A stretch of DNA of 64,000 nt, taken from Utricularia gibba. Lineage: Eukaryota > Plantae > Magnoliophyta. The first letter of the stretch is position 1; every line of letters begins with the position of its first letter. Shown piece after piece: positions 35,202 to 46,366 of the stretch. The position numbers and the translations under genes were made by a program. Below the pieces are notes generated by a model. The model saw nothing but the letters and a program-made list of their open reading frames with translations. It had not been told where the DNA came from and did no database searches. The stretch lies in NCBI GenBank assembly GCA_002189035.1, contig NEEC01000016.1, positions 930,001-994,000 of the forward strand, given 5' to 3'.

Positions 35202-36509
35202 AGAATATTTTAATGTTGAATCGAATTACTTGGAAATGACCAGGTTCCGACAATTGAAGAAGGTCTTTTGATCATATCTTCGAGTTGGTCGGTCTTTGCC
35301 ACAAATTCTTCTAATCATTTTTGTATACTATCATTACACTCTTTTTTCTCTGTCGGTACTCAAGTTTTTTTTATCAATATTTTTTTAAAAATAAAAATAT
35401 AGCTATAATTACAAAAACATTTTTTTAAAAAAATCATCTTATACAATTTTTAACTTTTTGTTACCCACTCATACTAAATTAACTTTTTAAAAACATTAAT
35501 TATTTGTACTCAGTATTCATTGATAACTAGTTGATGTTAATTAGTTTTAATGAATTTTAATATAATAAATTTATTTAAAATCTGTTTTACTATAAATCAA
35601 AAATTATCTTTAGATAAATTTCAGGATTTTTTGTTTTATTTATATTTGTGTGTTACATTTTTTATTTAAATAAAATTAATTATCTAATCAAAACTAAAAA
35701 TCAACCACTAATAGATAGTAGAAATATTTTTCAATAATTTTTAATAAATACTATAGTGTTCTTCAAAATAAGTAATTTTCGGTACAATATAACACTAAAT
35801 ATTTTATTAAATCTATACTAGAAAATAAAAGAGATTTATAATTAAAACAACGTTTTGAAACATTTTTAAAGTATATTTTTACCTTTTCAAAAATACTTAG
35901 TAAAAAAATTATGATAAATATAATAATCATTTTGAAACTTAAGAAAAACCAAACAAAAAAGATATAAGACGATCAGAAAAATTATGAAAATCCATAAATA
36001 TAATAAAAAAACACTAAACCCATTCTTTATTTTATCTAATACTAATCGTTCATAGCTAAAATACAATTTTAATACCGCTAACTATATCTAAATTATTCTT
36101 ATTTAAATCCAAATAAATTAAATTTCTTTTATCCTACCCTCCCCACCAAACACAATGCCACTTTGCCGATTCCCGAACAAAATAATTATATCTGATAATT
36201 AGAAAATATTATAATATTTTATTTTGTTCTCAAAATTGAGAGGCAGATGTGACGATAGAAGCACAAGTTAAAGATGATTTCATCACGAAACCCTAATAAT
36301 GCTAAGCACCTAAAATATTAATTAATAATTCCCAACATGTGTGTCTTGAGACAGACATCTGGTAATTAGGTTTTTGTAATAGAAAGTTTACGGGAAAGAT
36401 GGAGAGCAGCCCACACGTGCATTTTATTTTATTCTTACAAACCGCAAGCCTACACACAGGAACATTCTTCGCAGCACAAACCCTTCGTCACTTTGTGATC
36501 CATTTCAGC

Positions 36510-37053
36510 TCATGGCTCCTGCCCGTTGGGAACGTCCTGCCATCCGCCTCTGCGCCACCCGCCGCCTCCGCCATACCCGCGGCCATATCCGCCATACCCG
36601 CGGCCATATCCGCCATACCCGCGGCCATATCCACCATACCCGCCACCGCCACCATACCCGCCGCCATACCCACCGCCATATCCACCGCCATATTGATCGG
36701 TAACCGCCTGGCTCTCATCCTGCCACCCGCCCCACCTTCCGCGGTGCCCGCCATAGCCATGGCCTCCGCCATATCCTCGGTGACCGTACCCGCCGCCATA
36801 CCCACCACCCCATTGATCGGTCTGGACATCGGACTCCTTAACTGCCTCCTCCTTGGCTGGGTCATGCAGCAAAACAGATGATCAACAACAAGAAAAAGGA
36901 AAAAGACCAGGTCGAGAAGAATTCACGAAAGGTTTACTTACTAGCTTGAGCAGGATGGGGGTCCTCGGCGAGCTCCCTAGCCACAGCATGAGACGAGGAG
37001 AGGAGAAGAGAAGCCAGCAAGAGACCAGCTAAGAGAAAGAACTTGGAAGCCAT
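36510..37053 (-). CDS. Secreted glycine-rich protein, copy 2 (two extra YGGYGRG repeats), 2 exons
   Basis: Exon 1 37053-36942, exon 2 36856-36510; nearly identical to copy 1 except for a 42-nt repeat expansion. Confidence 0.92.
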
Positions 37054-38875
37054 GGTGAGTGCTTTGGGTGTTCCCAGAGCTCCATCGGCATCTCTCTATT
37101 TATAGAAGGATTTTGCCTTCTCTGGAAGTGCGGCTGAACTCAATTATTGGGGCAAATCGGCCTGTCAGACACAGCGACTACGTGGCAATCCATATCCCAA
37201 CGGCGTCTTCATCACTGTTTACAGAAGAGGTCCCATCTCTCGTCTTCAAGTCTAAGTGTGAACAGTTGGACTTGTAATCTCAAGATTTTTAGATATTATT
37301 ATCATTATCTTTTTGGCTTGTTGTTTTGTCTAAATTAAAGATTATATAGGTTTGGCCAACACATGAAAAATTCAAGTGCATTAAAAAAAACTTAAATCAT
37401 ATTAAAAAATATTAAACTCAATCGATTATTAATGATTTATAATTTTTTATATAATTAAATGTTCTTTTAATAGTAAGGTATTAATATATTAAGTATAGTA
37501 TAATTCAGTATATATATAATCAATTATATAACATTTAATATACGAGAATAGATATATGAGTATATGAGCGATATACATATAATTAACTCTATTTCAATTT
37601 GTATATATCTATGAGTATGTGGATGGTATAGATGTACAAAGTTAGTATATATATACTAATTAATCAAACAATGATAAATCTTCTATATCCTCTTATCAAA
37701 CAAACCTTAAGTATTTTATTTTCAAATACCGATATGGAATTGTTTATTTTAATAAAATTGTTTGTGTGTTTGTTGGGAGGAGGAGAAGAAAAATACTTAT
37801 TTATGCTTCTAAATGCGCATAAATATACTATTAATAATTTTATACGATTTAAAAATATATATATAATATACATATGTGTAAAATAGATTTATTAATCATA
37901 ATTTTAATTATAACCACATGATTAATTTTATTTAAATATAAATAATTTAAATACATTATTAATTAAACTATCTTATCTAAGGACACTTATCTTCTATTGA
38001 CTTTCTTGTACATGATTTGGAGGGTATGGAGTTAGAAAGCAAAGGTCACTCAAAACTGTCCAGACCCTTCATAAGCATTTTTCCTTTTAAAAATAATCAT
38101 TTTTTTCATCGCACAAAAGAGCCTACCTAACACGTTTCTCCCACTAGGCCACACACTATACATCCCAGTTTTTGGTGACCATTGAAAAAAACAAATCCCA
38201 TTCTTCTGTGTATTTTTTTTAATATGATATTTTTAGAAATAAAATGTTTTTTTATTGATTTTTAGACTCTTTTTTTTTTCCAACAATGCATAATTTTCAC
38301 AATTTTTGTCGGTGCTCGCATATCATGGGATAATGAGTAAATCTCATGTTTAAATTTATTTAATATGAAAATTTTGTTTTCTTTTATTTCAACAAAAACT
38401 ATTTCCAGTATCATTAGCAATAAATTCTATCACCATTCATCATTTAATTTTTTAAATTTGTATTCGGTAAACATAATTTTTTGAAGTGATTCTATTGAAT
38501 TTTTAAAGATTTTAATCTTTAATCATTATATAGTAAAATTAAAATTTTAAATTATATGGTTAACTTTAAAAATTATTGAATTTACGTTTTCATAGAAATT
38601 ATTTCATCTACTTGAAAATATATTTATATTATAAATTAAATTATATAATAAATTAATGTGAAAAAAATTATAATGTATATTTCATTTCATTAAATTTTAT
38701 AACATAATACAAAATAAATTTCATAACTTGAAGTTGAGTATATTCTACATAATACTAATCATACATTCAAAATAAAGTATGAATTTTGCATTAAAATCTA
38801 GGGTTTTATTCATTGCACGTAAAGTCAAAAAGAGTCAACGTGATGGTGACGTGACTCACACAAAATGTTTAACTA

Positions 38876-38892
38876 CGTCAATTTTTGCGTCA
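38876..38892 (-). promoter_or_regulatory. as-1/ocs-like element upstream of GRP copy 2
   Basis: CGTCA at 38876-38880 and 38888-38892 (TGACG twice on the minus strand, 12-bp spacing). Confidence 0.55.
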
Positions 38893-41126
38893 ACAATATT
38901 TTAATATGGAATCTAATTACTTGGAAATGACCAGGTTCCGACAATTGGTCTTTTGATCATATCTTCAAGTTCGTCGGTTTTTGCCACAAATTCTTCTAAT
39001 CATTATTTTATACTCTCGTTACACGCTATTTTTTTCTCTGTCGGTGCTGCATCAAGTTTCCACATTGACTACTGTTGAAATCTACACACACGTGTGGTGG
39101 TTGCCCTTAAGTTTTTTTTATCAATATTTTTTTAAAATCAAAATATAGCTATAATTACAATTTTTTTAAAAAAAAAAATCATCCTATGCAATTTTATAAA
39201 CTGTGTAATGAATTAATTATACACTCATACTAACTTAACTTTTAAAAAGCATTAATTATTAGTACTCGTATTCATTGATACTTAGTTGATGTTAATTAAT
39301 TTTAATATAATAAATTTATTTAAAATCTGTTTTACTATAAATAAAAAATTATCTTAAGATAAATTTACGGATTTAGTTGGTTTATTTAAATTTGTGTGTT
39401 ATATTTTTTTAAATAATATTAATTATCTAATCAAAACTACAAATCAACCACTGATCAGTAGTAAAAATATTTTTTAATGACGTTCTAATAAATACTATAG
39501 TGTTCATAATAAATAATGTTATGTACAATATAATACTACATATTTTATTAAGCATATACTAGAAAATAAAAGCGATTTTTAATTAAATCATAATGTGATA
39601 ATCACTTTTAACCTTACCAATTAATGAACATATCCACCACCCCGGCGTATACGCCTATAAATGACAAATCCAGATGCATCTGGACGGGGATTAGCTAGAC
39701 GGTAAGCATATACAATGAATCTGGACCTACGGCGTGACTTTGGTACTATTTCACTTTTTTTCTGGGATGGAGTTGGACCACGACACTCGCCCATTCAATA
39801 AGTTTAGTTCTCTATTTTTAAAATTATGTAATACATACTTCAATTTAATTTTTTAATAAATAATTTGACTCTAAACTTATAAAATTATATATTTAATCTT
39901 TCATATTATCAAAACTAATCGATTTTAATTTTAACGTTATTATAACGTTGCATCGTTATAAATATTATCCTTTGATGGTGTTACTTCATTGAATTCTAAA
40001 TATTATATGACAAGAACACAATATAACTTAACAATAATATCATTCAATTCATTGAACTCAAGATATGAATTTATTCATTTTTAAAAATTTTGAAAACTAT
40101 TTGAATTTTCTTTACATGATTTTGGTATTTTAAGGTCTTTTTTTATAATTTTAAAATTTGAACGTTAAACTATTTATATTAAAAAATTAAGGTGTTTTTC
40201 TTGTAATTTTTTTTTTCTATGGTTCTTTTTTTTTAATTGTTATTCTAAATATTATTTTTAAAAATCTCAAATTGATTTCACTTAAAAATTACAAATTACA
40301 TTATGTTTATTTTTGTAAGTCCAAAAAATTATATTATTTTTTATTACAACGTGCCCAAATCATGTGGGGACAAATGCGGTAGGAAACGCAAATATATAAG
40401 ATAATGAATATATGGTTCGGTTTTTAATTAGATCTGTGACATCAGATCATCCGGTTTGATATCGCATCTCACCCACCGTCGATTACACCACAAGTCAACA
40501 CCAATCATCTTTATAATACTTATATTTAAAAAAATGAAATTTTATATATTTTCATTCCATCGTGTGACAAATATTATCTTTAAATTGACGTGATCATGAT
40601 GTGTGATCGAATATAACATTATAATTATATTTATTAGTAAATATTTTTATGTTTTTACCTAATTAAATTATATTTATCTTATATAATTATTCAATACATT
40701 GCATGAATAAACTTTAAATTCATATCATTAAATATATTGATGACTGTAATATGAAATAATTGATAATTCATAAATTATATATTATTTAATTATTATGATG
40801 ATGAATATTTATTTTTTGAATTATTTATTAAACTATTTGATTTTAAATAGTTTGGGGTATAAATATTTATAATTCTTTTGATTTTTTTTCAAAGAATGAC
40901 CTTAATCGATAAACAAGGAATCGATTTTAGCATTTTCTTTAATTAAATAATATTAATTATGTGGATTTTATAATTTTATGCGAATTTAAAATTTAAAAGC
41001 AATATTACTATAATGACGTATGCCAATTGCCAGACGAGGGTGAAGCTCGACGTGTGCCAATAAACGAGTTTCCGATGCTCGACGGCCAAAACTCGAGGCT
41101 GTAGCTCGTGTGCGTTGTTCTAAATC

Positions 41127-43092
41127 TCAGGGAAGGAAGGCGGATATGGAGGTAGAGGGAGGCGCCGGAGCCGTGCTGGAGGAGAATCCGGATGATGCTG
41201 CGGAGGGCAGAGTCGGCGTCGGAGGAACTGCAACGTGGCTTACCGGTTTCCATGGCGGGCTCGGGAGCCCGGCGGAATTGCAACCTTCAAAGCTGGGCTT
41301 TGCTGCTAATCTATCCTAAAGTGGAACAAAGATCATGAATCCAAGCAAGGGAAGATGCTATGAAAATGGCGTGTTAATGAGGAAAACAGGCGAATGCACC
41401 TTTGTGTTTGCGGCAGACCGGAGAATATGCCGGGCCACGACTGCGGGTACTCAGTAGACATGAGCGATCTCTGGGCGGGGATGGCTTCGGCCTAAACAAA
41501 CAGTAGTTGCGACTGCGCGTCAATGTTGCATGGGATTTGTAGGGACGAAGCCCAAAGTTGATATCAGAACAGTAGGTTGATGTTCAGATTGATCTCAAAC
41601 TAACAGAGGAAGGAAGTCGCTCCGCCGGAGGTTTAGAGATCTTGAGAGTACCTTATGGCTCTGGCCGTAAGCCATTTCGCCGGACGGAAGAGGACGGCGC
41701 AGAGCTCTTGCGGCACCATTCCCCTGAGAACCATTTGACGGCAGCGAAATTCCAAGACTGAGATCAATGCTGCTGCCGCAGCCTGCACATAAATCAAGAT
41801 GAGATTGACAGAGCAGAGAGAATCAGAAACCACTCTTCAATATCAACCTCCATCTCTCCAAGCAAAACTCAGCTCCCTCGTTTGTTTGCTAGACTCAAAG
41901 CCAGTCACAGGTTCTCTCCAGTTGCATTGGATGGCTGCTTTATCATAACCCCTGCACCGACGATGTCGAATACAGAGATGAAAGAAAATCGGTTTTGAGC
42001 CCGGAAGCAGGAAGCAGCTGCTCACCTATTCCCAAGAACTTGAGCGTTACCAGCTTCCCGGAGATCAGGTTTCTGCAGGGCTGCGATTCTGTGCTTGTTG
42101 CTTCCTCGGGGGAAGCCCGAACTTTGGCGACGAAGAATGTGTACGAACTCTTCTTTGGTGAAGTTGACCATCTGCGGAAACTCCGAAACAGGTTACAGAA
42201 ACAACCCGAAAGAAAACATGGCTGCGTAAACTTGCTCACTTGTTTCATATCCTCCTCATAGTCACTGACGTTGAAATTGATATCAGCATCAACACCACGA
42301 AACTTGACGGCTGCCCGATCATACGCCCTGGAATACGAAAAGGATTCCATCTCAGAAAGAAATCTCACTCTGTTTTCAACAAAAACGTGTTACCTAGCAG
42401 CTGCGTGAGCGGTATCGAATCCTCCTGAAAAAAGAAGGGATCAAGCGCTGAATCAAACAGTTTTTTTTTAAACAGATGGAATTAAAGCAGAGGAGATGAA
42501 AGGCGTTGTTACCCAGATAAACTTGTTTCCCACAATCCCTGAAATCATGCACAAAGTACAGGTTTAATTTAAGAAGAAACGCGCATGCAACATAACAGAG
42601 AAATCAAAACGAAAAAAACGAACCAGATGTGGGATTCCCATCTTCCAGTTCGCCTGTAAAACGTAACGCCGCGATACTGAGAACTCCGGGAACGGGGCCC
42701 GCGTCTGCTCTTCTTAGGCTGCGGCGGATTGTCAACCGGCAATTTGGTTTTGTAAAGTCCTAATTGGACGCCTCTGGCGGCTTCCGGCGAAGACAAATCC
42801 AACCGATAATTGGTTCTAAACCCCGGAACCGCAGAGGGAGAAGTGGGGAAGAGCTGGAGCTCGTTCACGTTATCCCTGCTTCATCGTCAATGTGAACCGT
42901 TCCATTTTTCCCGAAATTCGAAGAGAAATTCAGAGTGACAAGGGAGCTGCTGCTGCAGTTGCAGTTCACTTCATCTTTCCCAACATTGTTGGATGTAGTC
43001 GTCGACACCACGGAACCGGCGGTGGGGGTGCTCTCTGGGTCATCGTCGGATGCGAAACCGACTTCAAACGCGTCCATATTCAGATCCAACAT
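41127..43092 (-). CDS. euAP2 transcription factor, RAP2-7/TOE/SMZ type (one intact and one degenerate AP2 domain); apparent -1 frameshift at ~42874
   Basis: MLDLN start at 43092; [31 protein letters not shown]|DCGKQVYLG|[10 protein letters not shown]|[11 protein letters not shown]; linker [11 protein letters not shown]; DLSLGIS EAR-like motif; AASSGFS miR172 region; stop at 41127-41129. Confidence 0.9.
41183..41203 (-). promoter_or_regulatory. miR172 target site (variant)
   Basis: CCGCAGCATCATCCGGATTCT in the last exon, against the usual CTGCAGCATCATCAGGATTCT. Confidence 0.9.
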
Positions 43093-45057
43093 CCCGCTCC
43101 AGTAAAAACCCAGACCCAGAAAAAAACACACGAGGGACAAAGAAAGATACTTTTTTTATTAGGTTACTAGTTGGGTTTCTCTGTAGCTTTTCTTCTCCAC
43201 AAGAAAAAATTCCCAGGAATGCAGTCCTCAGGAACAAACCAAATGAAGCGGAAGAAGAGAAGATTTAAGAAAAGCGAGACTACCAGAGAACGCAAGCTAA
43301 CAAACCTAGTTACATTATTTATTGAAGGAATGGTGCTGCTCCTGAGTAGTGGTCACAAGAAACTGTCAACTTGGATATGTTTCTGTGACGTATCTACATC
43401 AGAAACTATCGCCATTCCATACATCATCGAAGGAGACGACCCCGCCCCTTTAAAACCATGGCCCATGTGTCCAGGGTTTATGCGGGCACAGTCACCAAAA
43501 ACTAGGGCACAACGAGAACTAAACCCTAATATCTCCCAACACCCATGAAATAGGTCTCATCTCGAACAATTTCGTCCAAACTGAAAGCAGCAACAGTCCA
43601 CTTGAACTGCGAATGAAATGCGGTGTTCTTAAACTCAGATCCTTTTTGCACAAGGACACGAACGTGTGTAAACATCAGTCTCATTTGCAGTGTTACAGTA
43701 TGAATTACAACGACGAAGTTGGTGATTTCAAAACCCCAAAAGTTAGAGGGGGGTTTTCCAGTTGAAACAGACGCAATCACTTCCCTTGAGATAGATAATT
43801 CCTCCCTGGCTGGGAACGCTTGGCATAGAGTGGGGGAACCCAGAATGTGAAATAATCAACTGCCTTCTCCCAATAATCAGCCCCTCCTGTCTCCCCTCAC
43901 ATTCAATGCCCCATAATTGCGAACCAGACGCTGCCATTCCTGTGGGCGAATTCATCATTTGATGCCTATGATGATGCATGCATGCTCAATGTTCGCCTAT
44001 GGATACAAAAAAATTAGATTGAATTTGATCTGTTTTTTCACATATATGTATCACAGGATGATCGGATTTATATAAGATCAGATGCCTGGTAGCGATAAAC
44101 AATATTAGTTACGAGTAGAGTAAGGTACATATTTAAATAGAAGTATCATCTTAATACTTTATGTGACTTTTTCTTCTAAAATAGATAATGTAAAACTATA
44201 ATGATTGAGTATATGAAACAAATAATATCGTATAAATAGAGAGTAATTCATAATATTTGATATCAAAAATCAAAGTTGGGCACATACCAATAGTTGAACA
44301 CACAGATAAATGGAGATGGATATAGGTATTACCCATTATTTGATAATTTGTTTGCATTCATAACTTATAAAAATATATATATATATTTCTGATTTTTTAA
44401 ATAAATTAATAACAAAATTAATTATGAAACGTTTTCACTAAAAAAAAAAAAAAATTTCTCGCATGCCCTCTTCTAATATTCTTGGATAAAATGTATATCC
44501 GAAATGAACAATAATAATTTGAAGAATTTGGTTCGTACTGAAGGACAATTTGGGCATTCATAAATAAACCCAACCTACATACTAATACTATACTATATAT
44601 TCCTCTCACTTATTGCTACTCTCCCTTTTATCACAAAGTCTATGCATCAATGAGTCGTATATGGGATGCCATACTATCGATATGATTCTCGAGTAGGCGA
44701 TTAGGGTTTTTAACCCCCAATTGGTATGTATCCGAATGTCGATTTTTGTCATGAGTCAACTCCCATTTAATTCATACGATCCAAAATACGTAACATTATT
44801 CAACAAAATACACCTCCCTCATAAAATTTATTTATGGAATCTTGTGACTAAACCTTGCTTTAAATTATTTTTAAACTTGTATTGAATAAATGAACGGGAA
44901 ATATCATTAAAAAAGGACAAAGATCTTTTTCCCATGTAATTAATATACATCTATTCTTTCACATATTAATATTAAAATTATCTATTTTTCTATTATATAT
45001 ATCACAAAAGTAATTATTTTTCTAAATGATCTATTGAAATGTACCCCAAAATCCTTG

Positions 45058-45371
45058 GAGGGTATTTGGTAGGTTAGATTTACTATTTAAATATTCATTT
45101 ATTGATAATAATGTATGTTTAATAGACTAGTTTAACGATACACGAGTGTTTTACAAAATTACTGTAAAATGCTCCGAAATAGGTATTTCAATTATGAGTT
45201 TTGCTAAACAACTTAATTTATAAAGTATTTGTTTTGAATATATCTTCATAACATAATATTATTTTAAACATATATATTCAAAATCTATGTATCAAACAAA
45301 CTTTAATCTTAATCACATAAATCATTTTTTCTAAATACATTATTAATTATACTATCTTACCAAACACGGGC
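45058..45371. mobile_element. Degenerate Tourist/PIF-like MITE (~310 bp)
   Basis: Left end GGGTATTTGGTAGGTTAG and right end CTATCTTACCAAACACGGG form an imperfect inverted repeat (13 of 16 matches); AT-rich interior; TTA follows the right end. Confidence 0.45.
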
Positions 45372-46366
45372 TTAGTTGTTTGGACGAAAATTAGGTCTGG
45401 AAGATATGTAGAAACGAGTAGATTACGAGTTTTTTTGATAATATCTCTAATTGATAATATCGATTCTTAAGATTTATGTTATAGTTCTGATTTAAATTAT
45501 ATATAGAATTCGATAAAATTTCGCCAAATTCACTTGTTTTCGTGATTAAAAGTTTTGCTTTTTTTTCATAGTAATTTTCACAACATTTTACATGGTTTGT
45601 GCAAAAGCAAGGTTTTGAGTCTCTAAATTTTAGTAATATTGATGAGATTAACACATAGATTATCCGTTTTCGGATACGAAAACGTTATTGTTGCCTGTTA
45701 CATGTATTTAAATTATGTTATAACAAATAAAACAGATAAAGACCATGAAGATCATCTTCATACATATATTAATGTGTTTTTCATTGTAATAATATGAGAT
45801 AAAAAACCATGGTCTGGGTGATGCCATTTGATTGGACGCCATGCCTTTGATTGACCTACCCACGTGTCTAGGGTTTATATGTTTCCAATTTAGGGTTTAG
45901 GGTTTTAGAGTGGCAACATTTTTTCTTTTACCTTTTCTGAGATAACGTATTGGTATCCAAGAAAGCTGTCTTCTAGGTCTTCGTCTTCTTCATCTGTAAG
46001 CGCACGGGTTTGTTGCATTTGGCCACGTGTAATGAAAAAGTGCATTTTAGAGATCGTTGATGTACGAGGTTTTGAAGCTTGAGTGAAGGGTCATCGTTGC
46101 TTCTGATGCTGCATCGCATTCATGTTATGGTGTAAATTTACTCATTTATACTCTTTATGGCGTGTGGTCTGGTACAGATACAGAGGTTTTGAAATCACCC
46201 GGTTGACTGTATGTTGATGCAACATTGGGAACACTTCTTACCAAATGCGGATGGCTGTGTGCTGATGCAGCAGTAGAACCACCTCTGACCAACTGCGTGT
46301 TTTCAAGTGGAATTTCTCTGTTCAGAGCTGTGAAGGATGATTCATTAAACCAGCAGAAATTCGAGA

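Larger units (their letters stand above)
32330..35890. repeat. Tandem duplication unit 1 (GRP gene with 3' flank and ~2.5 kb upstream)
   Basis: Colinear with ~35990-39620 across 3' flank, gene and upstream AT-rich region (e.g. TGCATTAAAATCTAGGGTTTTATTCATTGC at ~35101 and ~38788). Confidence 0.9.
35990..39620. repeat. Tandem duplication unit 2
   Basis: Colinear with ~32330-35890. Confidence 0.9.

Noticed and set aside
45869-45905. Interstitial telomere array
   Set aside because: Only 2-3 TAGGGTT units; better treated as telo-box motifs.
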